Source: Clostridium chauvoei (GTDB lineage Bacteria > Bacillota > Clostridia > Clostridiales > Clostridiaceae). Taken from it: DNA of 24,000 nucleotides. The stretch covers positions 2,032,660-2,056,659 of the forward strand of contig NZ_CP018624.1 of assembly GCF_002327185.1 (NCBI RefSeq), written 5' to 3'. Shown here piece after piece: positions 14,582-24,000 of this stretch. The notes below the pieces were generated by a model that was not told the origin of the DNA, ran no database searches, and was given only the letters and a program-made list of their open reading frames with translations. Each line of letters starts with the position of its first letter. Position 1 is the stretch's first letter. The translations under genes and the position numbers were made by a program.

Positions 14582-16573
14582 ATGAGTTTAAATAACGCTG
14601 ATAACATAAAAGAACTAAAAAATATATTAAGTGATTTATATCTAAAATACGGAACTACAGATGAAACTTTAAAATTAAGTCAATTACTAGACATTATAAT
14701 TGAAAACCAACAAAACATTATTGTTAACCTTAGAAAAAATAAAGAAAAGTTTAAAAATATTATTTATGCTGCTAGCGATGTTATTTTTGAAATAGATATA
14801 ACTAATAATGAGTTGTTATATTCAAAAGAAAACTTACCTTTAGATATTATGGAAACTAGAGATAAAACTCAAAATATTTATAACTTAATATTTTCATATG
14901 TAGCTTATAACTTCGTACATCCTAATGATTGTAAAGAATTTAAAAGCAAATTTTCCATAGCAAATATAGAAAATCTAATTGTAGAAGGCAAAGAAGCTCC
15001 TTATATGGATTTAAGATTTCTACACAATAACGATTATTTATGGGTTACTTGTAGTATCATCCCTGTTGTTAATGATGATGAAGTGGTGCTAGTTGTTTAT
15101 GCTAAGAATATACATTCAAAAAAATTAAAGGAGCTTGAACTTATAAGAAAAACTCAAAATGATCCTTTAACAAACCTATATAATAAAACCTTTACTAAAA
15201 GCAAAATTGAAAATATAATATCAAATTCTCCTATAACTTACTATTACTTTATTATTGTAGATTTAGATAACTTCTCATTAATCAATAAAAATTTAGGTCA
15301 TAGTTTTGGTGATGCTGTTTTACAAGATATATCTAAACAAATAAAAAGTATCTTTATGGATGCAGATGTAATTGGTAGAGTTGGTGGAGACGAATTTGTA
15401 GTATTTACTAAAGAAATAGATAATAAAATTTCATTATTATATAAATTAAATAAATTGAAGGTATTGTTAAGACAAAGTTATGGTCGTAATGGAAGTAAAG
15501 TAAATATTTCTGCTAGTATGGGGGTATCAACTTATCCTCAAGATGGTTCATCTTTTAATGATTTATATGAAAAATCTAAAAAAGCTCTTTATTTAAGCAA
15601 AAGACTTGGAAAGGATTCTTATGTATTTTACGATTCTTCTGTTCATCTTCACTTAAAAAATACTATAAAAAGCTCAGTAGATAATTCTGATCCTATTTAC
15701 GTACTATCTGATATAAAACAAAATATTTTTGAATATATATTTAGAATTCTTTATGAAACAAAAGATACTTATACAGCTATTAACCTTATATTAAAAATAG
15801 TTGGGGAAAATTTTAATCTAAGTAGAGTTTATATCTTTGAGATTTTTGAGAATGGTCTATACTCTTCTAATACTTTTGAATGGTGTAATGAGGGTATCCC
15901 TTCTCAGCTTGAAAATATGAAAAAATTATATACTTCAGACTTTAAAGAGTCTGCCCCTCATTTTGATAGTAATAGCGTATTTTTCTGTGACGATATAACT
16001 ACAATCAAAGGAAAATTTCATGAAATAATGGCTAAACAAAACATAAAATCCTTTATGCAATGTGCTGTTTTTCAAGAAGATAGATTTGTTGGCTCTGTAG
16101 GCTTTGATGAATGTGTTAATGAAAATAGAGTGTGGACAATGGAAGAGAGAAAAATATTAAATATTATCTCAAATATAATTAGCACTTTTTTATTTAAAGA
16201 AAGATCCTATACTAAACTATTAAATAGTGAAAAAATTAATAGATCTATATTAGAAACCCTAGATACCTATACCTATGTAATAGATATGGATAATTTTGAT
16301 TTACTTTATATAAATAAAAAGATTAGAAATCTTATGCCTAATGCTAAAATAGGTGATAAATGTCATAAATTAGTTTTTAATAAAGATAAACCTTGTAAGG
16401 TATGTCCAATAAAACTTCTAAAGGAATCTGGAAAATCTAATACTGAAGCTATAGAAAATTATAATCCATTATATAATTTTTGGACTAGCTCCGTTGCTTC
16501 AAAGATTAAATGGGAAAATAAAGATAACGTATGTCTTATAAGTTGTCATGATATAAGTAAATATAAAAAATAA
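14582..16573 (+). CDS. Diguanylate cyclase: PAS - GGDEF - GAF-like - C-terminal Cys-rich PAS-like domain
   Basis: The active site is intact: DLDNFSLINKNLGHSFGD...RVGGDEFVVF. ATG 14582 lies 10 nt after GGAAGG and is preferred to the track TTG 14573. The C-terminal motif is GDKCHKLVFNKDKPCKVCP. Confidence 0.85.
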   Translation: MSLNNADNIKELKNILSDLYLKYGTTDETLKLSQLLDIIIENQQNIIVNLRKNKEKFKNIIYAASDVIFEIDITNNELLYSKENLPLDIMETRDKTQNIYNLIFSYVAYNFVHPNDCKEFKSKFSIANIENLIVEGKEAPYMDLRFLHNNDYLWVTCSIIPVVNDDEVVLVVYAKNIHSKKLKELELIRKTQNDPLTNLYNKTFTKSKIENIISNSPITYYYFIIVDLDNFSLINKNLGHSFGDAVLQDISKQIKSIFMDADVIGRVGGDEFVVFTKEIDNKISLLYKLNKLKVLLRQSYGRNGSKVNISASMGVSTYPQDGSSFNDLYEKSKKALYLSKRLGKDSYVFYDSSVHLHLKNTIKSSVDNSDPIYVLSDIKQNIFEYIFRILYETKDTYTAINLILKIVGENFNLSRVYIFEIFENGLYSSNTFEWCNEGIPSQLENMKKLYTSDFKESAPHFDSNSVFFCDDITTIKGKFHEIMAKQNIKSFMQCAVFQEDRFVGSVGFDECVNENRVWTMEERKILNIISNIISTFLFKERSYTKLLNSEKINRSILETLDTYTYVIDMDNFDLLYINKKIRNLMPNAKIGDKCHKLVFNKDKPCKVCPIKLLKESGKSNTEAIENYNPLYNFWTSSVASKIKWENKDNVCLISCHDISKYKK

Positions 16574-16590
16574 CTTTAATATAAAAAATA

Positions 16591-16637
16591 GCTGTCTACG
16601 AAAATAATAAAAATTATTTTCGTAAACAGCCTTTTTT
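16591..16637. terminator. Strong bidirectional terminator between convergent genes
   Basis: GCTGTCTACGAAAATAAT-AAAA-ATTATTTTCGTAAACAGC (17 of 18 bp paired). The plus-strand tail is CTTTTTTG and the minus-strand tail is TATTTTTTAT. Confidence 0.85.
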
Positions 16638-16674
16638 GTTATATCAACCTTTAACTAAAGGAAGCTATCTCAAA

Positions 16675-19600
16675 TTATGATTGAATAAACATTTCATCTA
16701 TACAAGCTTCTTTTGCCTTTATATCCCCTTTAACTTTAGCCTCTTTTTTCACTTCACCTAAATTCTTAAAGGCTACTGACATCATAAGCTTAATTCTATT
16801 TAACTGATTAACAGTTGACACTCCTGGATCATAATCTATTGCTACTATGTTTGCCTTTGGATATTTCTCTTTTAACGCCTTAATCATCCCTTTGCCTGTT
16901 ACATGGTTTGGTAAACATGCAAAAGGTTGTAAACAAGTTATATTAGTTGTTCCGCTTTCAATAAGCTCTATCATTTCTGATGTTAAAAACCAACCTTCTC
17001 CTGTTTGATTTCCAAGAGAAAGAATTGATGATGCCATATTAGCAAGAGTATATATATCCTTTGGACTATGAAATCTCTTACTATTACTTAACTCTCTTTT
17101 CATAACAAATCTATATCTTTCAATATAATTAATTGCAAATTCTGCTAACCTTTTAGTTACTTTACTCTTGCCTAAATAATCAGCCTTAAACCTTGAGTTA
17201 TAACAACAATAAAGCAAGAAATCTGTAAGGTCTGGCACTACAGCCTCTCCACCTTCACTTTCTATTGTTCCTACTATATTATTATTAGCAGTTGGATGGA
17301 ATTTTACTAATATTTCTCCAACCACTCCAACCTTAGGCTTATTTATATCTACTAATTCTATATTATCAAATTCTTTAATAATAGATGTTAAATTATTCTT
17401 AAACTCTTTCTTACTTCCATTAATTAAATTCCTCTTAGCTTTTTCATTCCAATTATTATAAAGTTTATTTACAGCCCCTTGTACCTTCTCATAAGGTCTT
17501 GTTCTATAAACAACTCTCATAAATAAATCTCCATAAATTAAAGCCATTAAAGCTCTATTTAAAAACTTTAAATTCACCTTAAAACCAGGTTGTCCTTCTA
17601 ATCCTACAGCATTTAAAGATATTATTGGTACCTGCTCAAACCCTGCATGTCTAAGAGCCATCTTTAAAAATCCAATATAATTTGTTGCTCTACAGCCTCC
17701 CCCAGTTTGAGTTATTATAACTGAAGTATTATTAACATCATATTTTCCGCTTTTTAGCCCTTCAATAATTTGCCCTATTACTATTATGGATGGGTAGCAA
17801 GCATCATTATTAACATATTTTAATCCCTCATCTACAGCTTTACTATTAGTTGTACTTAATACTTCTAAATTATATCCAGCTGTACCTATTGCTGTTTGAA
17901 GTAGATTAAAATGTATTGGTGACATTTGAGGACATAAAATAGTATGCTTCTTTTTCATTTCCTTTGTAAATACAGGATTATTGTAAGCCATACTTGATGT
18001 AACTTGTTTATAATCTTTTCTTATTCTTTCCTCTACAGCTGCCTTTAAGGATCTTATTCTTATTTTAGCTGCTCCTAAATTATTACCTTCATCTATTTTT
18101 AAAGCTGTATATATTTTCCCTTTAGATGAAATTATCTCATTTACTTGATCTGTAGTTACTGCATCTAAACCACAGCCAAAAGAGTTAAGCTGAATGATAT
18201 CAATATTAGGCTCATTTGCTATAAAACTTGCTGCTCTATATAGCCTTGAATGATACATCCATTGATCTACAACTCTTAGCTTCTCTTGAAGTTTACCTAA
18301 ATGAGATACTGAATCCTCTGTTAAAACTGCCATTCCATAAGAAGTTATAATATCTGGAATACCATGATTTATCTCTGGATCTATGTGATATGGTCTTCCA
18401 CATAAAACTATTCCTCTTTTATTATTCTTTTTTAAATAATCTAGTACTTCTTCTCCAGCTTTTTGTATATCCTTTTTATAATTTTCTCTCTCTAAAAAGC
18501 CTAAAGCAACTGCTTTCTTAGCTTCTTCTAAGGTTATATTAAAATCTTTAAATTCATCTACTATTCTCTTTGGTAGACCTTTTTCATCCTCTAAAGAAAA
18601 GAAACCTTCAATGAAATTAATTTTCTTTTCCTTTAAAGCATCTACATTATTTCTAATAACCTCTGGATAAGAAGTTACTATGGGACAGTTAAAATGATTA
18701 TTTGAATCCTTAAATTCTCTTTTTTCGTAGGACACACAAGGATAAAATATTGTTTTTATTCCTCTATTTATAAGATTCATTATATGACCATGACTAAGCT
18801 TTGCTGGATAACAAGCCGATTCTGAAGGAATAGTCTCTATACCAGCTTCATAAAGCTTCTTACTTGAATTACTTGATAACTTAACACTAAACCCTAAGTT
18901 TGTTAAAATAGTAAACCAAAATGGATAATTCTCATATATATTAAGAACTCTAGGAATTCCAATTACCCCTCTTTTAGCTATCTTTTCTTCAATAGGCTTA
19001 TAATTAAAAGTTCTTTTATACTTATATTTATATAAATTAGGCATCTCTTCCTTTTTAGAATTTTCTATGCCTAAGCCTCTTTCACATCTATTCCCTGAAA
19101 TAAATTCCTCCCCATTTGTAAATTTATTCACAGTTAAAAGACAGTTATTACCACACTTTCCACATCTTTTAAAGGAAGATGACATTTTAAAAGTATCTAT
19201 TATATCTTTAGGTAATAAAGATGTTCTTCTGCATTTATCTTTACATCTTTCCTTTGCTATAATAGCACATCCAAAGGCACCCATAAGCCCTGCAATATCT
19301 GGTCTTACAGCCTCTCTTTTAGAAATAAGCTCAAAGCTTCTAAGAACTGCTTCATTATAAAAAGTTCCACCTTGTACTATTACCTTTTTACCAATATCTT
19401 TTTCATCTCTTAGCTTTATCACCTTAAATAAAGCATTTTTTATTACTGAATAAGAAAGTCCTGCAGAAATATCTGAAACCTCTGCTCCTTCCTTTTGAGA
19501 TTGCTTAACTCTGGAGTTCATAAATACAGTACATCTTGACCCAAGGTCAACTGGTGATTTTGAAAATAAAGCTTCCTTTGCAAAATCTTCTACTTTCATA

Positions 19601-20979
19601 TCTAAAGACTTACTAAAACTTTCAATAAAAGAACCACATCCTGCTGAACATGCCTCATTTAATAATATGCTATCTATTGCTCCATTTTTTATTTTTAGAC
19701 ATTTCATATCTTGTCCACCAATATCTAGAATAAAATCTACTCCTGGTAAGAAATAGTCTGCTGCCTTATAATGAGCTATGGTTTCTATTTCTCCAATATC
19801 TACATGAAGTGCTGACTTTATTAAGGCTTCCCCATATCCAGTAACACAAGAATTAACTACCTCAACTTCCTTTGGAAGCTTATCATATAAATCCTTTAAA
19901 ATTCCAACAACTTTATCTAAAGGATTCCCTTCATTGCTTTCATAAAAGGAATATAAAAGTTCACAAGCTTCATTAATAAGTACCACTTTAGTAGTTGTTG
20001 AACCTGCATCTATTCCTAAATAAGCCTTTCCTTTATAATTTTTTAAATCACTCTTTTTAACTACAGACTTATTATGTCTTTCTTTAAATATCTTATATTC
20101 ATCCTCATTTTTAAATAGAGGCTCTAATCTTTCTTCTACTTTATCTTTTATATTAGCTATTTTCTTTACTTTTTCAAATATAAATTTAAGAGAAGTAAGG
20201 TCTTGGTCTTCTGATAATAAAGCTGCACCTACTGCAACAAAAAGCTGGGAGTTATCTGGTATAATTGCTTCCTCATCTTTTAAAGCTAAAGTCTCAATAA
20301 ATCTCTTTCTAAGTTCTGATAAAAAATACAAAGGGCCTCCTAAAAAGGCTACATTCCCTCTTATAGGCTTCCCACAAGCTAGTCCTCCAATTGTTTGATT
20401 AACTACTGCTTGAAATATTGATGCTGCTATATCTTCTCTTCTAGCACCTTCATTTATTAAAGGTTGTACATCTGTTTTTGCAAAAACACCACATCTTGAT
20501 GCTATTGGATAAATAACTTCATATCCTTTTGCAAATTCATTAAGTCCTGCTGCATCTGTATTTAATAAGACTGCCATCTGGTCAATAAATGCACCTGTAC
20601 CACCTGCACAACTACCATTCATTCTTTGCTCAACTTCACCTTTAAAATATGTTATTTTAGCGTCTTCTCCACCAAGCTCTATTACAACATCAGTTTGTGG
20701 AATAATTTCTTCTACAGTTTTAGTACACGCAATTATCTCCTGTACAAAATTAACTTTAAGCCATTTAGATACTGAAAGTCCTCCTGAGCCTGTTACAGTT
20801 ATTTTACAGGGAATATCACCCACCCCCTCATAGCAGTCTCTTATTAGAGCAATAATTGTACTTCTTATATCTGAAAAATGTCTTCTATATTTACTATATA
20901 CTATCTCATTTTTATTATTAAGCACTGCTACTTTTACTGTCGTAGATCCTATATCCAGTCCAATCTTATAATTTTTCAT
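16675..20979 (-). CDS. Fused CoA-substrate-specific enzyme activase-type protein: two BcrAD/BadFG/HgdC-like ATPase modules + Cys4 linker + DUF2229-like + dehydratase-subunit-like C-terminal region
   Basis: 1434-aa ORF with two ASKHA phosphate-1 motifs ([26 protein letters not shown]). Each module has a Cys pair 39 residues apart (GSCAGG...SRCGVF and EACSAG...SRCTVF). The linker reads CGKCGNNC...C. GGGGGAG SD. Confidence 0.85.
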   Translation of the reverse strand: MKNYKIGLDIGSTTVKVAVLNNKNEIVYSKYRRHFSDIRSTIIALIRDCYEGVGDIPCKITVTGSGGLSVSKWLKVNFVQEIIACTKTVEEIIPQTDVVIELGGEDAKITYFKGEVEQRMNGSCAGGTGAFIDQMAVLLNTDAAGLNEFAKGYEVIYPIASRCGVFAKTDVQPLINEGARREDIAASIFQAVVNQTIGGLACGKPIRGNVAFLGGPLYFLSELRKRFIETLALKDEEAIIPDNSQLFVAVGAALLSEDQDLTSLKFIFEKVKKIANIKDKVEERLEPLFKNEDEYKIFKERHNKSVVKKSDLKNYKGKAYLGIDAGSTTTKVVLINEACELLYSFYESNEGNPLDKVVGILKDLYDKLPKEVEVVNSCVTGYGEALIKSALHVDIGEIETIAHYKAADYFLPGVDFILDIGGQDMKCLKIKNGAIDSILLNEACSAGCGSFIESFSKSLDMKVEDFAKEALFSKSPVDLGSRCTVFMNSRVKQSQKEGAEVSDISAGLSYSVIKNALFKVIKLRDEKDIGKKVIVQGGTFYNEAVLRSFELISKREAVRPDIAGLMGAFGCAIIAKERCKDKCRRTSLLPKDIIDTFKMSSSFKRCGKCGNNCLLTVNKFTNGEEFISGNRCERGLGIENSKKEEMPNLYKYKYKRTFNYKPIEEKIAKRGVIGIPRVLNIYENYPFWFTILTNLGFSVKLSSNSSKKLYEAGIETIPSESACYPAKLSHGHIMNLINRGIKTIFYPCVSYEKREFKDSNNHFNCPIVTSYPEVIRNNVDALKEKKINFIEGFFSLEDEKGLPKRIVDEFKDFNITLEEAKKAVALGFLERENYKKDIQKAGEEVLDYLKKNNKRGIVLCGRPYHIDPEINHGIPDIITSYGMAVLTEDSVSHLGKLQEKLRVVDQWMYHSRLYRAASFIANEPNIDIIQLNSFGCGLDAVTTDQVNEIISSKGKIYTALKIDEGNNLGAAKIRIRSLKAAVEERIRKDYKQVTSSMAYNNPVFTKEMKKKHTILCPQMSPIHFNLLQTAIGTAGYNLEVLSTTNSKAVDEGLKYVNNDACYPSIIVIGQIIEGLKSGKYDVNNTSVIITQTGGGCRATNYIGFLKMALRHAGFEQVPIISLNAVGLEGQPGFKVNLKFLNRALMALIYGDLFMRVVYRTRPYEKVQGAVNKLYNNWNEKAKRNLINGSKKEFKNNLTSIIKEFDNIELVDINKPKVGVVGEILVKFHPTANNNIVGTIESEGGEAVVPDLTDFLLYCCYNSRFKADYLGKSKVTKRLAEFAINYIERYRFVMKRELSNSKRFHSPKDIYTLANMASSILSLGNQTGEGWFLTSEMIELIESGTTNITCLQPFACLPNHVTGKGMIKALKEKYPKANIVAIDYDPGVSTVNQLNRIKLMMSVAFKNLGEVKKEAKVKGDIKAKEACIDEMFIQS

Positions 20980-21084
20980 TATTCTTCTCCCCCTGCTTAG
21001 TTGTCCTCCATAATTCGTAAATCCTTATTCTCAACCCTAAACCAAGTAAAAAATGAATTTTTTGTTAATTTTCCCTATTATGTC

Positions 21085-21113
21085 ATTATAATTTAACAAA
21101 TAATTATGGTCAA
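21085..21113 (-). promoter_or_regulatory. Promoter of the 1434-aa gene
   Basis: Minus strand reads TTGACC (21113..21108), a 17-nt spacer, then TATAAT (21090..21085), about 100 nt upstream of the ATG. Confidence 0.7.
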
Positions 21114-21160
21114 TTAACGCTTTTCTCCATATTTAAACGCATTAAGCCATTTTTGCTTAA

Positions 21161-21205
21161 AAAATAAACAGAACTTTTCCTTATTAACAAAAGTTCTGCT
21201 TTTTT
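21161..21205 (-). terminator. Hairpin terminator (bidirectional form) insulating the 1434-aa gene from the upstream lipoprotein gene
   Basis: CAGAACTTTT (21169-21178) pairs with AAAAGTTCTG (21189-21198). T-runs are present on both strands. Confidence 0.65.
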
Positions 21206-21302
21206 ATTCATATTTCCTGGGAAATTCAACTTATTCCCCTCTCCTATATATTTTATTAATAAACTTCATAAATTATAACTTATTAATAAAATTATATTAT
21301 TG

Positions 21303-21332
21303 CAAATTAAAAGGATGTCCAAAGACATCCTT
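21303..21332 (-). terminator. Terminator of the lipoprotein gene
   Basis: AAGGATGTC-CAAA-GACATCCTT is a perfect 9-bp stem. The minus-strand tail is TTAATTT. It sits 9 nt after the stop. Confidence 0.65.
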
Positions 21333-21340
21333 ATGCTATG

Positions 21341-21793
21341 TTATATTAGATTCTCCATAATTATTAATATTTTACAGTAAGGAATAAATACTACATATAA
21401 TTTTGAAGAATCCATATTCTCCTTTATATAATATTTATACTTACTATTAAACTTAGGGAAATATTCCTTTGAAATTCCCAAATCTTTTAATGTTTCTATT
21501 ATTTTATCTTCAAGTTCTTGATTTTCCCCATCTTTCCAATCTAAAATTGAATAAAGTTTATCAATATTTCTGTATTCAAATATATGATATTTTTTACCAT
21601 AAGACCAAAATTTAGATTTACTATTAAAAGAATAAATTTCTTCATAATCACATGGTAATACTATATCCCAATTTGAATTTACAATAGAAGCATAACCCAT
21701 TTCTTCTTTAAATGAATCAAAACAACCTAATAACGAAACTACTGTAGTTGTTATAATAGAAATTAAAGTAATAATTTTAATGTTTTTTCTCAT
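21341..21793 (-). CDS. Hypothetical lipoprotein
   Basis: 150-aa ORF. Signal peptide with lipobox: MRKNIKIITLISIITTTVVSLLG-C. No family recognised. Confidence 0.6.
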   Translation of the reverse strand: MRKNIKIITLISIITTTVVSLLGCFDSFKEEMGYASIVNSNWDIVLPCDYEEIYSFNSKSKFWSYGKKYHIFEYRNIDKLYSILDWKDGENQELEDKIIETLKDLGISKEYFPKFNSKYKYYIKENMDSSKLYVVFIPYCKILIIMENLI

Positions 21794-21849
21794 ATATCCA
21801 TTCCCATCCCCGTTTAATCCCCAATAAATGTAAATAAATATTTTACATT

Positions 21850-21878
21850 ATTTTACTATAAATATTATTATTTGTAAA
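21850..21878 (-). promoter_or_regulatory. Candidate promoter of the lipoprotein gene
   Basis: Minus strand reads TTTACA (21878..21873), a 17-nt spacer, then TAAAAT (21855..21850). Confidence 0.5.
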
Positions 21879-21965
21879 CAGATACTCTTGTCTATACAAC
21901 TTCTTTTTCTACAAGTTATAAATTCATACTCTCTTTTTCATCTATTTACTATAAAATTCATTTTT

Positions 21966-23003
21966 TTATTCTAAAATAAAATCAAAATTATTCTTTTTAT
22001 TCTGCTTTTTTCTACCTAGTATAAATGGTAACCATCTATTTATAATTTTAACTATTGGTAATATTACAATACATGCTATTATTACAAAATAAAAAGAAAC
22101 CATAAGCTTATCTAATATAAATTGTGATTCAAATACAGCACTACTCATATTGCGTTTTAAAAAACCAAAAATAACATATTGATGTATTGCAAGATAAACA
22201 AAGGAATTTTTACCTATAAAGCTAATAAATTTACTATTAGGTAAATTCTTTATTATTATTATCGTTGCAAATATACCACTAATTGCAGCTATATAAAACA
22301 AAATAAAGCTTCCATACTTACCATTAGAAATATCAATATTAGTATTTATACTACCTGCAAGTAAATTTATAATTAGTAATATAATTATTATAGGAAATTT
22401 GCTTATCTTAGTTATTAATTTAGTCTTCTTAGTTAAATATCCTAAACCAAGAAATACTATTGCAGTTATTGCTGCATCCATACTCCACAAAAGACTTTCC
22501 CCTACAAATAAATTATATAAATATGATATAACTCCACATATAATAATTGAAATTATTATATCTCTATTATTATTTTTAAATAACTTAACTGTAAAATAAA
22601 ATACAATTTCAGCTATAAATAAAGCTAAAACAAACCATAGTGTTCCATTACATAAAGTCCACTTTGTTCCTCTTATCCCCACAAACATACCTAATAAAGG
22701 TTGCATCGCACTATTTAAATTCTGCCCTGCAAATTCATTAAAAACAATAGCTCCAAATAAATAATTAGTTGTGCTAAATATAAAATACGGAATTAATAAA
22801 CTTTTAAATTTTGATTTAAAAAACTTTTTGAAACTATCATACTTACTTATGTTTAAAAGATATCCAGATATGAAGAAAAATAATGGCATATGAAATGCAT
22901 ATATATATTTTCTAATTGGCTCTGGTAATGGTGTATGTGCAAACATAACTAATATCATACCAACACCCTTAACCATATCTATCCATTTTATTCTTTTACT
23001 CAC
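21966..23003 (-). CDS. Acyltransferase family 3 (OatA-like) integral membrane protein
   Basis: 345-aa ORF with about 10 TM helices. The N-terminal IKWIDMVKGVGMILVMFAHT signature is typical of acyltransferase_3. GTG start (23001-23003) follows GGAGGTGA by 4 nt. Confidence 0.75.
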   Translation of the reverse strand: MSKRIKWIDMVKGVGMILVMFAHTPLPEPIRKYIYAFHMPLFFFISGYLLNISKYDSFKKFFKSKFKSLLIPYFIFSTTNYLFGAIVFNEFAGQNLNSAMQPLLGMFVGIRGTKWTLCNGTLWFVLALFIAEIVFYFTVKLFKNNNRDIIISIIICGVISYLYNLFVGESLLWSMDAAITAIVFLGLGYLTKKTKLITKISKFPIIIILLIINLLAGSINTNIDISNGKYGSFILFYIAAISGIFATIIIIKNLPNSKFISFIGKNSFVYLAIHQYVIFGFLKRNMSSAVFESQFILDKLMVSFYFVIIACIVILPIVKIINRWLPFILGRKKQNKKNNFDFILE

Positions 23004-23038
23004 ATAGTCACCTCCAAAATTCTTCCTATTCCAATATA

Positions 23039-23067
23039 ATACTATATTATTCGAGGTTTTATGTCAA
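23039..23067 (-). promoter_or_regulatory. Candidate promoter of the acyltransferase gene
   Basis: Minus strand reads TTGACA (23067..23062), a 17-nt spacer, then TAGTAT (23044..23039). Confidence 0.55.
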
Positions 23068-23199
23068 TTAAAGTATATTTGTTAAATATTATCCATTTTT
23101 TATAATTTGTTATTTAATTTAAGTCTAGAAAATATCAAATAACATAACCAGTAAAAAATACATATTTATTTTAACAAATCTATAAAAACTAATTTTTAC

Positions 23200-23236
23200 A
23201 AAAAAAATACACCCAGCCTAAAAGGTGTATTTTTTC
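23200..23236 (-). terminator. Terminator closing the ABC-transporter transcription unit
   Basis: AATACACC-CAGCCTAAAA-GGTGTATT is flanked by an A8 run on the plus strand (T8 on the minus strand) and by T6. Confidence 0.7.
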
Positions 23237-23583
23237 GAGGCCACTACTCCTCACGGTACGTTTTTACTTATATTATTAACATTGATAGATTCACAATATT
23301 ATTATATATCATTTATTAACAGCTTTTCTTCTTTTTTACTAAAATTTTCATTTTGTTAACATTTTCAGTATATTTTTAACAATTCAGTTTAACCGTAAAT
23401 ATTTACACATTAACTTTATAATTATAAACTTATATTTTTCCCAAAATAATGATATAATTATATAGTAATTTTTCATAATTTTCACCTGTGCATTTTAATT
23501 TTTTCAATTTCAAGCTCTAAAAGCTTCTCTAAAAATTCTTTGCAAATTTTAGCTAAAGAAAAATGACAATAAATATAAAAATT

Positions 23584-24000
23584 TTATTCTATACTTTTTA
23601 TATATCCATCTTCTATTCTTATTATTTTATTGCATTGGTTTGAAATATTTTCATCATGAGTTACAATAATTACTGTCTTTCCCTGTTTATTAAGCTCAAT
23701 CAAAATATCCATAACTTGTTGAGATGTATCTTTATCAAGTGCTCCTGTTGGTTCATCTGCCAAAATAATTTGGGGGTTATTTACTAATGCTCTAGCAATT
23801 GCAACTCTTTGATTTTGTCCCCCAGATAATTCTCTTGGAAGTTTATCTTTTTTTTCTATAATATCTAATTTTTTCAATATATCTAATATCAACTCTTTTT
23901 TCTTTTTTCTTTTACTATATATTAATGGTAATTCAACATTCTCATAAACAGTATAGCTATTTATTAATCCAAAATATTGAAGCACAAAACCTATATTTAA
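23584..24000 (-). CDS. ABC transporter ATP-binding protein (MacB/LolD/SalX-like), C-terminal part; N-terminus beyond the window end
   Basis: Signature LSGGQNQRVAIARAL, Walker B IILADEPTGALD, H-loop IIVTHD. The frame stays open to position 24000 (LNIGFVLQYFG...), so the GTG start in the track is an artefact. Confidence 0.9.
   Translation of the reverse strand, partial: LNIGFVLQYFGLINSYTVYENVELPLIYSKRKKKKELILDILKKLDIIEKKDKLPRELSGGQNQRVAIARALVNNPQIILADEPTGALDKDTSQQVMDILIELNKQGKTVIIVTHDENISNQCNKIIRIEDGYIKSIE

Noticed and set aside
19067-19360. Plus-strand 97-aa ORF inside the 1434-aa gene, and likewise 22399-22599 inside the acyltransferase gene
   Set aside because: These are antisense shadow ORFs within strongly supported genes.
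23236-23262. preQ1-I-riboswitch-like look of GAGG-AGTAGTGG-CCTC followed by GAAAAAATACACC
   Set aside because: Only the generic small hairpin plus A-rich tail shape matches. The conserved loop nucleotides of preQ1-I are absent. The downstream acyltransferase gene has its own promoter after the terminator and no link to queuosine metabolism.
23485-23583. Coding-looking frame continuing after the ABC ATPase stop codon
   Set aside because: It has no start codon and is only 33 codons long. In-frame openness after a stop has a one-in-three chance. It is mentioned in the gap finding but not called as a feature.
1-24000. Search for CRISPR arrays, tRNA/rRNA genes, transposases, integrases and phage modules
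   Set aside because: No regularly spaced repeats, no GC-rich cloverleaf-like segments and no recombinase-like ORFs were seen. The only GC-rich islands are the T-box/terminator (5890-5945) and the short island at 23236-23260.

Overview
A very AT-rich, low-GC Firmicute (Clostridium-like) chromosomal segment, read by eye with no database search. About 20 genes are present, most on the minus strand.

Clear calls:
- thrS, preceded by a complete Thr T-box leader and a promoter.
- An MprF-family aminoacyl-phosphatidylglycerol synthase/flippase.
- A PAS-GGDEF-GAF diguanylate cyclase.
- A 1434-aa fused double-activase/dehydratase-like protein (BcrAD/BadFG/HgdC family).
- A YhfW-like FAD oxidoreductase with a C-terminal Rieske domain.
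- An acyltransferase-3 membrane protein.
- A LytTR response regulator.
- A partial ABC ATPase.

The ends and the 7.9-10.6 kb stretch look accessory. They hold a stand-alone LytTR regulator running off the left edge, a HipA-like kinase with no adjacent antitoxin gene, DUF4230, small membrane proteins and a degenerate SEDS (FtsW/RodA) gene. No rRNA, tRNA, CRISPR array, transposase or integrase was seen.

Most interesting observations:
1. A perfect 9-bp direct repeat with a 12-bp spacer (LytTR-box geometry) upstream of the stand-alone LytTR gene.
2. A solo HipA-like kinase whose promoter is overlapped by a perfect 29-bp palindrome.
3. A 26-aa hydrophobic peptide ORF facing an orphan plus-strand terminator, which may be a type I toxin/antisense-like arrangement.
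4. A pair of about 80-bp repeats sharing a 22-nt identical core.
5. A Nudix-box relic.
6. The monocistronic giant activase-dehydratase fusion.

I cannot point to one unambiguous novel multi-gene system. The HipA/LytTR corner and the giant fusion are the best candidates.
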